The notes: generated from the sequence alone by a model not told the origin. Shown: positions 12,366 to 39,582, numbered from the stretch's first letter. The stretch is DNA of 64,000 nt from Camelus ferus (GCF_009834535.1 NC_045713.1:14322001-14386000), one strand, 5' to 3'. Numbers and translations: made by a program.

Positions 12366-14440
12366 TCCATTATCTTCCCTCATACAGGTGACTTCCTTGG
12401 AGAGGGCGGGTAGGAGATAAACCTTCTAAGCTTTCCTGCCTGGGAATGACAAAATCTTGCCTTTCGTTGATGGTTCGCTGGGTTTAGAATTTTAAATCTA
12501 AAATAATTTTCTCTCAGACCTTGGAAGACCTGGCTGTATCACTTTCTAGTGTCCGATTCTAGAAAATTAGCATTCTATTGTTACTAATAGTAGTGGTCCT
12601 GAAATTTTTACTTAGAAGTGGTGCATGAACAATAGTTTGGCTGGAAGTAGGTGGCTTGAATCTGCAGCTATGAGAGTCTCTTCCTTGAGCCTGTGAAAAT
12701 ATCGCTCATCCAAACCACACAACCAACTGGATTCTTGTTTTGGTTTTCTGATTACAAAAGTAAGTGGCTAAAGGAAAAATCTGGAAAGGACTAACAGGAA
12801 TAAAAAAGGTGGTAATCCCAGGGTAACAAGTGTTGATATTTTAGTGTCTCTATACGGGTACCCAGCTCTCCGTACAATAAAATATATACAACACTCTGAA
12901 TTGTGTTTCCATTTAGAACCTGCCAGAAATACTTCAATTTCTCTGTAATTATTCTATGAAACATTTGTCAAAAGGGAAATAATAATCTTAGGGGCTGTCC
13001 AAAGATCTGTTTTGGCTTTCTACAACTTTTTGGAGAAAAAGAAAAGGAAGGGGAAAAAAATGTAGAAGTGGTGCCACCCATAATATGTGGTGAAAAATAA
13101 CAAGCATGAGCTCAATAAACTGATAAGTAACCTATAAAAAACAAGGCAAAAAAAGCATCTTATGACTCAACAGGATGAAGCTGCTGGTTTAACTGTCTAA
13201 GCAAATTTGAGAACTAGAGAAAGGCCCTGTTAACCCTGGACAGTGGGAAAACATACCATAGGATATTGGTCACTTATGGTCTAGCTACCCCCACCCCCGT
13301 CAGATAGGGTCCGCCATGTCCCCACCATGCACGTCCCCCCAGCGGTCGTGCACTCCCAGCTTCAGTTGTAGCAGGACAGGCAATTCCACTTGCAAACCAG
13401 GTCAGTGCCCACTGGCCAGTGATGGGGTCCCGGCTGGGGGCGGTGCAGCCCTTGTGTCCAGGAGTGCCAGAGGCCACTCTCTGGGGGCTGGGTCACCTTT
13501 TTGGTGGAAAGCAGCTGGAATGTGAATGCTGAAGGTTCCGGAAACAGGTGCTGTGGGGTGATGAACCCTGAGTTTCCCCACCTAGGAAAGGCCCTCCCCC
13601 ATCACTCCTACCTGAAGCTCCCCAATTGCCTTCCCAGGTCGGCTGGAGAGGTCTTACCATCTTTGGCCTTTCCCAGGACAAGTACAGGGAGCGAGGGCAG
13701 TGGCCACCGGGGTTGAGGGTTGCCCCTGCCTGTGCTTACCCAGCTCCTGGGGCTCCGTGTGCACCAGCTAGGCCCATGGTTACCTGGGTCTGTGCCCAAG
13801 ATGACTGCAGTGACCCCGGGACAGAGTGTCGAGGGGTTCACTGTCTCCCCAGCCTTGGGCACCGATTCCCAGTGGGGTCGCTGAATGTCTTCACCGAGTG
13901 GGCCTGCTGTGTCACTCACAGGGAGAGCATGTGCTACTCAGTCCCGCTGTGGCCTCGTGCACCAAGCCTGCAGGCTGAGGGCCCTCCATGTGGGAAAGCC
14001 CACGTTAGTGATAAACTGTGACAGTCGGCCTGGAGGGCTGTAAAGGGGGTGATGAGCAGGAGTGATGGGGTGGAGGGAGCAGCAAGCACCCAAAAAGAGG
14101 CAAGGTCTCAGCTGAGGCCTGGAGGAAGGCAGGAGTCAACCAGGAAAGAGAGGAACATTCTAGACCAAGGGAGCAGCACCTGTAAGGATGGAGGCGGCCA
14201 GAGCCGAGGGGGGACATAGTGACGGGGGTGATGGAAGGGGGTCCCTGCAGGGGTGGGGTGCCCGCTGGGCCAGGACCCTAGGAGCACTGGGAAGCAGTCA
14301 GGGGTGCTGAGCTGGCAGGCAGGGAGTGGAGACTTCCATCTGGTTTGGGGGTCGCCCACCAGCATTCACCCACCCTCCCTGTTTGGGGAACCAGGCCTCC
14401 TCCTGGGGCTCACAGGTGAGTAAGGAGGATGGGCGCTGTG

Positions 14441-15338
14441 GGTGGGGAGTGAGGACAGATCTAGACGGATGACAGCCCCTCACGCCTTCCTGCACTCACA
14501 GTGCTCATGGATCTGGTGAAAACACAGAGCTGCCTGGATAGTTCCGAGGTGCCCGAGTCAGCCCCGCAGGCCTGGTCCCTTGGCTGTGCTGAGGCTGGGT
14601 TCTGGGACCCCAAATTGGAATGGGGCACAGACACTCTGGATGCTGCCCCCTCCACCCAGGCAACCTTGTGGAGCTTGGAGCCCCCACGCCCCCAGGACAA
14701 CCCTCAATCTCAGGGAGTCAGGAGAGATGCGGCCTCGCCTGGATCCTTGTCCTCCTCGGGTGATGCTGAGGCGCATCCCTGCGGTTTCTCAGGGGCCCCC
14801 AGCCGGACTGCACCTCAGGTACCCACAAGGGTAACCTCCACATCTGGGCCTCACTGGTTTCATCCCTCCTTGCCTCGGTTTGCCCACTCTTCCCTCGGGC
14901 TTCTTGGCATCACCTCCCAAATAAACTACCTGCACCCTCGTCCTGGTCCCAGGTCAGCCTTTGGGGGACCGTGGCAAGACCAGGAGCGTCTGCGTCTGTG
15001 TGATGGGGAACAGGGCAGGAGCGCTAGGAGTGCTGGGGTGTTTCCTCACAGCACCCCCACTCCAGCCTCCCTAGTCCCCAGGGACCCTGGTGCTGCTACT
15101 GTCCTTCCATAAATGATCTTTCTGATTGAGCTAACCTGAGAGGGTTCTGTTGTTTGCAACCCAGACCTATACAGCGCAGATGGGTGGACAATGACTTAGG
15201 AGTTAAGGAGTGATCTTGAGGTGGACGGGACCTGGGTGACCATGAGGGCGTCCAGGAAGCCACCCGGGTCCACAGAAAGCTCTGCAAGGCATCGACTTGA
15301 ACACGCACATATGTTTATTACAAAGGAGACAGAAGGGG
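14441..15338. repeat. Left 3' arm of the PRSS21/PRSS41 inverted repeat (pairs with 39583-40467)
   Basis: The reverse complement matches 39583-40467. I count 7 mismatches over 14781-15338 (558 bp), and identity is roughly 90% over the rest. It contains the poly(A) signal and an ERVL-like LTR remnant (gcaggtagtttatttgggaggtgat). Confidence 0.95.
15314..15319 (-). terminator. PRSS21 polyadenylation signal
   Basis: AATAAA on the minus strand about 70 nt after the stop codon. Confidence 0.8.
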
Positions 15339-15389
15339 ACAGGCCTGACTCAGCAGATGGCCCCAACTCCCAGGGGACACCTGTTGGGC

Positions 15390-19667
<4,278 letters not shown>

Positions 19668-20539
19668 GGCCTCTTCTCTCGCCGCTTAGCGCCCCCTCTT
19701 CTTCCGCCTGCTCCGGTGCTGGGCTGGGGCGCCCCCTGGGGGAGAGGGAGCCACGGGAACCCTGGCCCTCGCCTTACCCCAGGTTGACCTCTCTGGTTCA
19801 AGGGCTGTTGGCGAACGTGGGACCTCACATGCCCCAGCTTTGAGCTTCTGCTGGGGCTGGGTCCCCTAGCTACATATCAGGAACCAGAGCACCCAAACAA
19901 TCCCTGTAACGCTGGGGTCCTGGCTACCCCCCTCTGCTGCCCTCTTTTCTACCCACTCCTTCCTTCAGGAAGGACCAAGGACCTGGCTCACAGACAGGAC
20001 TCCCATGACAGCAGTTGCCTAGTCCTCCCTGAGTGCCGATAGAGGCCGAACTCTGTTGAGGTGAGCCAGGAGGAGAATATCCCTCACAAACATTTCTTGG
20101 GGAAATGATGGTCTTGGGTCTGGTCCCTCCCTGAGCTGGCCTCAGGCTAGTCCCCGCCAGGCCAGGCTGCCCCCTAGCGGCAGGTCCCAGCCCTTTGTAT
20201 CACCCTCCTGAAGATTAAACCTTGAAAGTTGTAACCAACTTTCATGAACTTTCTTGCCCCAGATCCAGAGGGGGAAGGAAATTCCCAGAGAAAGGAAGAG
20301 AGAGACACCACTAGGTTCACCCAAGGCCCTGGAGATTGGTGACTCTACAGATGGGGCCTGGGAGGGCTGTGCCTGCTGGGTGCCCCTCTGTGTGTCCTGA
20401 ACACTATCAGGGGCGTGGTGAGGTTCATGGAGTGAACAGTCCCCCAGCGTTGGATTCTGGGGGGGGGGGGGGGTCCCTCCAGGCAGTAAGCCAGTGTGGA
20501 CTTGCAGGAGTATCCCCGGGGAGCCCTGGGTCTCCAGCC

Positions 20540-22226
20540 TAGCCTGGCAGCACCCTCAGCAGGGCCTGGGTGGTGAGTACCATGGGAATTAACTGCTCAA
20601 GGCTGGAGCAGGCAGAGCCAGAGACCTTGCCTGGTGGAGAAGAGAGGGTTCTCAGATGGTGTCCTTGACCCAGGGCACCTTGGGGGAGATTTGGGGGAGA
20701 TGCGAGGTGCTCAGTGACTATGGAAACTTCTCTAGAGAGTGAAGCTGACCTGTTACCACACCTTGATTTCACACACTGCAGAAGTGCCAGGGGCATGGGC
20801 TTTGGCTGCTGGACTCAGGGACAGACTAGGTCCCTGGGTGGGACAGAGGATTAAGTTTTCCCCTAAGATGGTCCCCCTCTGTGGCCTTTGGCACTGCAGC
20901 ACTTGTGCCTGACCCACCCCCTGTGAGCTCCCTGGATCAGGGATAAGTGTGGCTTCTTGCATGAGACACAGTGCCAGCTACCACCTCCTGGTGCTGTAGG
21001 GAGGGGCCAGGAACTCCTCCTCCACCGCAACCGGAAGGATCACTTAAGCCACAGGTTCTGCGCAAATCCTCCAGGCGGCCCCCCTCCCTTGAGGGCCTCT
21101 TCCTCCAGCTCTCTCCTCCCCATGACCACCTGCCTGTCCCCTCCTCTTACTGTCCTTTCCTAGTGAACACCAAGCTTGCTCCAGCCTTGGGGTGGCCTCT
21201 CCGTGTGGACTCCTCTCCTAGGTGGTCACACAATGGGCTTCTTCTCTCCACTCAGGTCTCAGCACTAATGTCACCTCCTCAGCAAGGCATTGCCTGCCCC
21301 TGCCCATCTAAAGCAAACCCCATATGCCCCCACTGACTGTCTTTCTCACTGACCTGTTGCATTTTCTTCCTAGAACTTAGCAATTTCCAACAGGATCTTG
21401 TTTGGTCATTTGTGTGTGTAGCTGTCAGCTGCCTGCAAGGGCTGTGTGTGACACACCTGGTGAATGTTTGTGGAACTGAAGGAGTGATGGAGGACAAAAG
21501 GAAGGGAGGCACCGGGAGGGAAAATGAAGGAGAAAAAGGAAGGATGCAGGGATGCTGTTGGCAGAGCATCCCTAGAGAGGATGGGAAGGGGAAGGGACTC
21601 TGGCTCAGGAGGTTCCAGTGGTCACCATCAGAGAGGCAGCTGCTGGTCTCCTGGCCCAGGAGGAAGACTGTAGGTGGCATCAGGAAGAGGACAGTGGCAA
21701 GGAATGTCCCTGAGCATGGACTTCACCAGGTTGCCCCTCGATACCCCTTGGTGACTGTCAGCTCTTTGGAATCAAGAGGCAGGGTCTGCAAGTCTCGGGA
21801 AAGCCCTCAGAGGTCACCAGGGCCCCCCAGGTAGATGAGGGGCTAGCATGTCCTCCTCTTCCTCCCTCATCCACACTGTCACAGCTGGCTGCCACTCCAC
21901 TGGATCCCCGCAGGAAAAGCTTCCTGGGGACGGTGGGCAACAGCAGTTGGAGTTCACATCCATGGGGGAGGGGTCATCCAGGTAAGGGTAGAGGGAGGGG
22001 GTCTCACTCCTCCCCGGTATGTCCCAGCTGATTCCCTAGCATGGCATCCTGGCTCGCATGTTGGATACAGGAGTGTATGGAGCCTGGTGTGCGTGGTGAC
22101 CGCAGTGATGTCCCTGGTGCTCAGCCTGCAGCTGTATTCCAGATGCTGGATGATCCTGGAGACCAAGCTCAGGCTCCTTTCCTGCAGGGTCGGCCATGAA
22201 CTCAGCAGCACGCTCTAACATCCAGT
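20540..22226 (-). pseudogene. Heavily decayed serine-protease gene remnant (catalytic-Asp exon plus probable last exon)
   Basis: 22226-22008 reads SVLLSSW...LVSRIIQHLEYS...RDI and ends at a gtgaga donor. About 20790-20540 reads VCEIKVW*QVSFTL*R, aligning to VCxxxxWYQVGIVSWG with stops at the Y and W positions, followed by WVKDTI and a hydrophobic tail. Confidence 0.45.
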
Positions 22227-23390
22227 CTAGGGATGGCCCTCCACAGCTACAGCCCCCATCCTCCTTGCATGGCTGCTTCTCACCGAGCTGCCCCTCAGCC
22301 CAACTAGGTCCAGGGACCTGGGGGTGCCTCCCAGGCTGGCTGGCCATCAGGATATGACCCTGGAGACAGACAGCGGTGACAGGGACATGTGTGTCCAGAG
22401 AAAGCTCGAGGGAGGGGTGCCCAGGTTCAGGTGAGCTATGTAGCAGGGACGGGGCTTCATGGAGAAAGCTCTGGAAAGTGACAGGTGAGCTGCAGGGGGT
22501 GAAGTGTCCTTGGCGTACTGACCAGGGGAATTAGGAGCAAAATCCCAAGCAGATGGGATACACAGCACAGTAGGAGACCTCTAGTCTCTAAATCACTGTG
22601 TATTTCCCAGTAGGGGCTCAGAGGAGCGCTTCTGTGTGGCTAATAAGGTTCTTGGCTTTGTTTTTGATGGAAAAAAAATCTGACATGAAGCAGCACGAAG
22701 AGGTGATGTGAGATAAAGCGTGCTTTACTTGTAAGAGCCAACAAGGGAAGACGAGGTCAACCCAGCTTAGAAGTGACCCACTCCTCAGGAAAATTGGTTC
22801 AAAGGATCCAAATGTTTGTTTTTCTGGAAAGAAAAGAGATTTCTGGCCCAAAAGGAAAAGCTTCAGGGATAGGGATATGGTCACAGTTTGCTTAAGCACA
22901 TTTGCAGGAATTTCACGTTTGATAAGATTTATAGGATATTTGAAAGGGGGACAATTTCCAGGAACATTTTTTTTTCTTTTTGAATTGACGATTGTATTTA
23001 AAACAGTGTTGCCATCCTCTGCCCTGGGGGCCCACCAGAGGTGCTGGCTCACCCCACAGATGTCCTTCTGGTCCTGAAGGATGTTGGGCTCCTGGCTGGG
23101 GATGCTGGTGTACTTGTGGTATAGATGTCCCAAGTCTGGACATCAGTAAGGGGCAGATGGAGCACCTTCAGGGTGAAGGGTGGAGGGATTCTTGGGAAGC
23201 AGAGAGAAGAGCTCAGAGGGGAGGCGGTCACCTCCTGGCTCTCAGCCTGCTGGTCCCTACTCGCCCACATTCAGGTGGACTGACAGCAAGAAGCCATTTC
23301 TGCATGTGGCTCCCCTACTTCCCAAGGAACAGGGCCCTGAGTTTGTGCTCACCAAGCCCGGAGGAACATGCCAAGGCAGCTTGGGGTGGG

Positions 23391-23484
23391 GTGGACAGGG
23401 TATAGCTCAGTGGTAGAGCGCTTGCTTAGAATGAGCGTGGTCATGGGTTCAATCCACGGTACCTACATCAAAAAAAAAAAAAAA
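23391..23484 (+). mobile_element. tRNA-derived SINE (camelid Vic-1-like), short
   Basis: A box (tagctcagtggtagag), B box (ggttcaatcc) and poly(A) tail. Confidence 0.8.
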
Positions 23485-23717
23485 GCTAGGAAGACCTGTT
23501 CCCTTCCTCCCACTGGCAGAGCACACAGAGGTGTGGAGGCACCATGGGACTCGGCTGCCCTCCCAGTGCCAGGGCGGTGGGTAGGGATGGACACAGAGTG
23601 AGGTGTGGGGCAAGAACCAGGACCTGGTTTCAGGGCCCCTCTCTGGCTGTGGACTAGTCAGTGGTCCAGCCAATGACCCTACTATTCTTGGCTCTCCAAA
23701 GCACAGCTCAAAAGCGA

Positions 23718-24140
23718 GTCAAATAGTGCCCCTCAAAAATCCACATCCGCCTGGAACCTCACAATGTGACCTTCTGTGGAAACAGGGGCTTTGCAGATGT
23801 GATTAGTTAAGATGATGTCATAATGGATTACAGTGAGAGTATCCTTATGAGAGACAGAAAGGGAGAAGACACAAGAGAGACACATGGGGAAGACTATGTG
23901 AAAGGGCGGAGATCACAGTGATACAGCCACCAGCCAAGGAACATTGAGCATTGCCAGGAGCCACCAGAAGCTGGAAGAGGCAGGAAGGATCCTCCCCTGA
24001 AGCCTTCAGAGGGAGCACGGCCCTCCTAACATCTTGGTGTCAGACTTGTAGCCTCTTGCACCGTGAGAGTGTACATTTCTGTTGTTTTAAGCCACCCAGT
24101 TTGTGGTCATTTGTTCCGGCAGCCCCCAGAGACAAATATG
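23718..24140. mobile_element. MaLR (MLT1B/C-type) LTR, near full length
   Basis: aatgtgacctt...tttgcagatgtgattagttaagatg...ccaggagccaccagaagctggaagaggcagg...atttctgttgttttaagccacccagtttgtgg. Confidence 0.85.
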
Positions 24141-24747
24141 AGGTGATATTACAAACATGATGATGATGACAATGATATAGTTGCTGACATATGTTAAGAG
24201 CTCACTCTTGCCCAGCCCTGTCGGGAGTATGGGAAATGCACATTCCATGTAACCCACATTAACCCCATGAGGCTGGACCTTGAGATTTCCACTTGCCGGA
24301 GGAGGAAACCATGACCTGGTTAAGATGGTGGAGGTCACCCAGCCAGGTCTGAGACCTAGCAGCCAGGCTCTGGACCCACCCTGTGATGACAGGGGTAATA
24401 TGCAAATACTCTAAGTGCATTATTGGTACAGGCACTGGCCCATCAGAATTGTCTGGACCCCAGACTGGACCAGCATCCCAGAGCCCTCTGCTGGGCTTGG
24501 CATTAATCCTTTGGTCATAGGAAGGACAGACTGGGAGCCTGAGGGACGGTGTGGGGTGGCAGGCTGCTGCTGAGCTGGCATGGCAGTGTTTCAGTGGCTC
24601 CCCCTGCTGTGGCCGTACCAGTGTTTGCAGACTCCACGTCTGTCCTGTATGAGGGTGGTGGCAGATGCAGCTGGCCCTACAGAGGGTCAGGACTGGCCCC
24701 CACTGGGTCACCCCCTCACCTACCCTGCCAGCTCTGGGCGTCCTTAC

Positions 24748-25025
24748 CTAGACCTGTTCTGATATTCCCCCAGCTGGTGGCCCAGTACCAGGTGTGGTGA
24801 TCCAGAGGGTCTCTGGGTTTGGAAAGGCAGACTGGAAGAATGAGGTCGCTGAAAGTGACAAGTAAGGCCAGCTGCAGCAGGGCGATGTCCCCAGTGCCCT
24901 GCTCTTCCAAAAAGCTCAGGTGGGTGATGAACTGGACCGGGGCTCGGAGTCCCTGGGGCTTGTTGGCCTGGGAGTAGGAGGAGACGGAGCCCAGCAGCAT
25001 GAAGTAGGCAGGCAGCAGCTGGTCC
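24748..25025 (-). pseudogene. Prss32-like serine-protease remnant (catalytic-Asp exon)
   Basis: A 278-nt open exon flanked by cag and gtaagg reads DQLLPAYFMLLGSVSS...QFITHLS...GDIALLQL...LILPVCLSKPRDPLDHHTWYWATSWG. It closely resembles recalled mouse Prss32 (PVCLPKPGDPLDPGTMCWVTGWG). The conserved CWxTGWG has become YWATSWG, and no intact His or Ser exons were found nearby. Confidence 0.75.
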
Positions 25026-26139
25026 CTGGGGGTGGGAGGTCAGGGGGTGGTGAAGGCTGTGCCAAGATCCCATGGGCAGGGCCTAAGGATGATCTTGGCT
25101 CATAGGTCCTAACATTACAAATCGCCTTTTTTTGAGCTGAGCCCCTGCCAGCAATGACAAGCACCCTGTTTAATCCTCGAGGCAACCCTGCAAGGCACCC
25201 ATTACTTGCTCTGTTCAGTGGGCATGAAACAGGCTTGGGAGGTGATGCCACCTGTCCAAAGTCCTCCCAGCTAGTGAGCAGTGGACTTGAGGCTTGGGTT
25301 CCCAAAGGACGTTCTGATGTGGGAGCTTTAGGTTTTGGGGAAATGAATTATTTCTTGGGAGGTGGACAATGGGAGGTCCAGGGCTGGGTCTGTCTCCCCA
25401 ACACTCTCCCGTGTGCCCAGCCAGGGGACTGAAGGTGGAGCCGCTGAAGGAGACACGGGATTCTCAACCTGCAAATCTGATCACAAATGGCAGGCACCCT
25501 ATGCCCAGCATCCCTGCCTGGCCTGCATCTGTGGCCCCAGCCCTCTGGATCAGGGGCCTTACAGAGGTTGTATGAGCAAGAAAGGAGAGCTGCCCAGCCT
25601 TTGGCTTGGCAGGGAGAAGGAATGTGGGAGGCTTTTCCAATTCCTAAGTTTCTTCCACTTCTCAGAAAGTACCCATCTGTCTCGATGCCCCTGCATCAAC
25701 CTAGTGTCTGGGCAGCTCCCCCTCGAGGAGCTGTTTACCCTTGGAGGGCACATTGGGTCTCAGAGCAGCCGCAAATGTTTGACTTAGGTCAAAAATTATG
25801 CTCAGTGAATACTCCAATACTCTATTATTGCTTTTTTCCCCTACCTGATCTCTTGATTTCTGAGAAAAAAAAATGTGGATCTATTAGTTTCTCGAGTATG
25901 TAGGACATTTTTTGCTTTAGATCATACAAAACTCTGTTGTTGGTGCAGAAAGGCTAATGCCTCTTACATCTTTTTAGCGGCTTGTAACTTTTATCAATGT
26001 AAAATACCCCTGTATCTCATTCTTAAGACTGTGAGCCTTGGGTTCTTTTATCTGAGGTTATCTGATATGTGATCATCCACAGCCACTTTCATCTTTTTGC
26101 AATTTTCCCACATATATTCATCAATCAAAAAGAAATAAA

Positions 26140-26327
26140 AAGAAGGTATTTAACAGCAAGGTGCTACTATATAGCACAGGGAAATATATACAATACCTTG
26201 TAATAGCCTGTAATGAAAAGAATATGAAAAGGAATATATACACATGTATAACTGAATCACTACGTTGTACACCAGAAATTAACACAACATTGTAAACTGA
26301 CTATACTACAATTAAAAAAAAAAAAAA
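26140..26327 (+). mobile_element. L1 3' end with poly(A) tail
   Basis: tatatagcacagggaa...gtataactgaatcact...tgtacaccagaaattaacacaacattgtaaactgactata followed by an A-run, the typical laurasiatherian L1 3' terminus. Confidence 0.8.
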
Positions 26328-26333
26328 GAGCAC

Positions 26334-26870
26334 GGGTGGTGATAGCTTAGTGGTAGAGTGCATGGTTAACACGCACGAGGTTTTAGGTTCAATCCCCAGT
26401 ACCTCCATTTAAAAAAATAAACAAATCTATTTTTTTTAAAGGAAAGAAGTGGGGAGGGTATAGCTCAGGTGGTAGAGTGTATGCTGAGCATACACAGGGT
26501 CCTATGTTCAATCCCCAGTACCTCCATTTAAAAAATAAACAAATCTATTTTTTTTTAAAGGAAAGAAGTGGGGAGGGTATAGCTCAGGTGGTAGAGTGTA
26601 TGCTGAGCATACACAGGGTCCTATGTTCAATCCCCAGTACCTCCATTTAAAAAATAAACAAATCTATTTTTTTTTTTAAAGGAAAGAAGTGGGGAGGGTA
26701 TAGCTCAGGTGGTAGAGTGTATGCTGAGCATACACAGGGTCCTAGGTTCAATCCCCAGTACCTCCTCTAAAAATAAACAAGTAAACCTAATTACCCCCCC
26801 CCCAAAAAAAATTCAATAAATAAAATTTTTAAAAAATTTTTAAAATAAAAAAAAATTTTAAAAAGTAAAG
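26334..26870 (+). repeat. Head-to-tail array of four tRNA-derived SINEs (about 120-bp unit)
   Basis: SINE heads start at about 26334, 26451, 26570 and 26691. Units 2-4 have nearly identical heads, and units 1-3 share the same tail and spacer. Confidence 0.9.
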
Positions 26871-27589
26871 AAGACATTTAGAAAGAAATTACAAATGTTA
26901 AATTTCTTAACCTCCTTATGCTTGATCCCTACTGCAATATACTTGCTGGAATCCTTGGAAAATAGTAAATTCCTTCCACTAACAGTATTATGGATTTTTG
27001 TGATTGCCAAAGAAACAGAAGTTTCATATGATTCACTGATACCTTATGGGGATAAAGGCACATCCGGCCTGCTTGAGATTTTGTTGTTGTATGGTCCCAG
27101 AAATCATGTTTGAGAAGTCCTAGATTATCAGAATTATGTACGAGCCCACACATTTCTCAGTAAATCTGATTAGAAGACATCCTGACAGTCCTTATCATCG
27201 CTGTCATCAAATGCTCCTTAGAACACCCAGCAAAGCATTTGGCACGATTCTCTTTTCCAAATGTGCTCATCACATCCTGTGAGCATGTTTCTGCCTATGT
27301 TAGGAATGTACAGGGGGGAGGAGATGCGTCTTTCTCTTCTGACTCACGTAAGCTAGGAGAACTCCCCGTGCTGGAGACAGGTACCTGGCCAACAGGTACG
27401 TGCCTTTCTAAGGATCTGCTAATGGGGATTCCGTAGCCTGGCCTGGTCTTCATCTTTTCTCAACCTCTTGTTTTATTTTATGTAAAACCTTTTTTATTAT
27501 GGGAAATGGATAAGACAAGAACCAACCTTGAATATTGTTCCACATTTCTACATTTTTCTCTTATGGAATCTACCCCTTTTAAACGTTTG

Positions 27590-27731
27590 TTCTTTTTTTT
27601 TTTTTTTTTTTTTTGCAGGGGTTGGGGGGAATTAGGTTTATTTATTTATTTATTTTAGAGGAGGTACTGGGGATTGAACCCAGGACCTCATGCATGCATG
27701 AGCTTTACCACTTAAGCTATACCCTCCCCCT
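27590..27731 (-). mobile_element. tRNA-derived SINE (Vic-1-like)
   Basis: T-run, then attaggtttatttattt...gaggtactggggattgaacccaggacctc...agctataccctcccc. Confidence 0.85.
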
Positions 27732-28169
27732 TGCTCCAAATTCTGACCACGCTTCCCTATTTTATCAAGTGCGCCAATTCATTTTTTTTTATCTATATCC
27801 ATGTTATTATTCTGCCTTTTGGCTAAAATGTTTTACCTCAGCAATAGTTTGAATTTCCAAACACTTTCTTGTTCTCCAATTGGTCTTCCAAAGTATAGTC
27901 CTTTTTGTTTGTTTGTTTTTGTATTTTTTTTCTTGGTTCTCACTTTATAGTCTAATTCTTATTTAAAGCTTATAAACAGCTTTTATTTAATACTTATAAA
28001 CAGGAAACCAGTTAGAATTTTCCTGGTGGTCTGCTGTTCCATGTATTATCTCAGTTTTCTCTGGAGTCAATTCAGTTTATTCAAACAGATCCTTCTGGTG
28101 CACATGCAGGTTTTCTGCAAACATTTCTTCATCCTTGGTTGTTGCAAAGTAAAAGGTTAAATGAACAGG

Positions 28170-28720
28170 CCTAGGATGTTCAAAGCCTTCACAGTCCAGG
28201 AAAGGACTGGCCCTTGACTGTCTCCTAGGAAATAACCTCTGAGCCCTTGAAAAGTCCTGCCTGAAGACTGTCTTTGTAGACCTGGATTTTTGGGCCACTC
28301 CAGATAGTTAGTTGATGCTAATGATGTGATATATGGCAGGGCGTTGGGCCACACGTATCAGCTGGACCTCTGGAGGGGCTGAGAACTAACGTCAGTTACA
28401 TAGGCACGCCATGCCTAGGCGATGAAATCTCCAAACTCCAGACACCAAGGCTCAGGTGAGCTTCCCTGATTGGCAGACCTTCATGAGTGTTGTCACACGT
28501 GGTTGCTGGAAAAATTAAGCACTGTCCCCCTGGCTCCCCTGGGAGAAAGCAGCTGGAAGCTTGCATCTGATCTCCCCCAGACTCTCCTCTGCACCTTTTA
28601 CATTTCACTGATGTTATTCATTCGCTGTAAGGAAACATAACCATGAACACAACAGCTTTTCTGAGTTCTGTGAATCCTAATGAATCATTGACTCTGAGGG
28701 TGATCTTGTGGACCCCAGTT
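28170..28720. mobile_element. ERV LTR (MER21-like)
   Basis: gagcttccctgattggcag...gtgttgtcacac...ggaagcttg...ataaccatgaacacaacagcttttctgagttctgtga. Confidence 0.7.
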
Positions 28721-28994
28721 TGTTGTCTGTTCACGTCTATGACTAAGAGCCACCTTGGTGACTTTGGTACCCTGCAGCATTGCCTGCCAGGAAGGGAAGC
28801 TGCCTGTAGGCTCTATGGAGTTAGGTGGGGCTTGTTCCCCAGGCAGCAGGCAGACACAGAGGCTAAAAGTCCTCCAGATGATCAAAATCAGGCCTGCCTT
28901 TATGATGTGGGTCCTATGAAGGATCATAACTTTAACAGCAAGTGACACAGTGCTAGACCTCCAATCAGCACTTGGTGAGGACTTGTTAAACATT

Positions 28995-39466
<10,472 letters not shown>

Positions 39467-39582
39467 CTGGCCTGTGCACACCTGAGCCCGTGCGGGTGCA
39501 GTAGTTACTGCAGCGCTGGGCACATTCAACCAGGACTAGGGGCACCCTTGTGGCAGGACTGCCTGCTGGACGAGGCTCTGGC

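Noticed and set aside
23391-23470. tRNA-like sequences (also at 26334-26770, 27650-27731 and 52795-52870)
   Set aside because: They have A/B boxes but are followed by A-rich tails, lack clean cloverleaf stems and recur as a family, so they are tRNA-derived SINEs rather than tRNA genes.
26334-26790. Regularly spaced repeat resembling a CRISPR array
   Set aside because: The intervening sequences are identical rather than unique, the unit is a SINE, and the context is eukaryotic with no cas genes.
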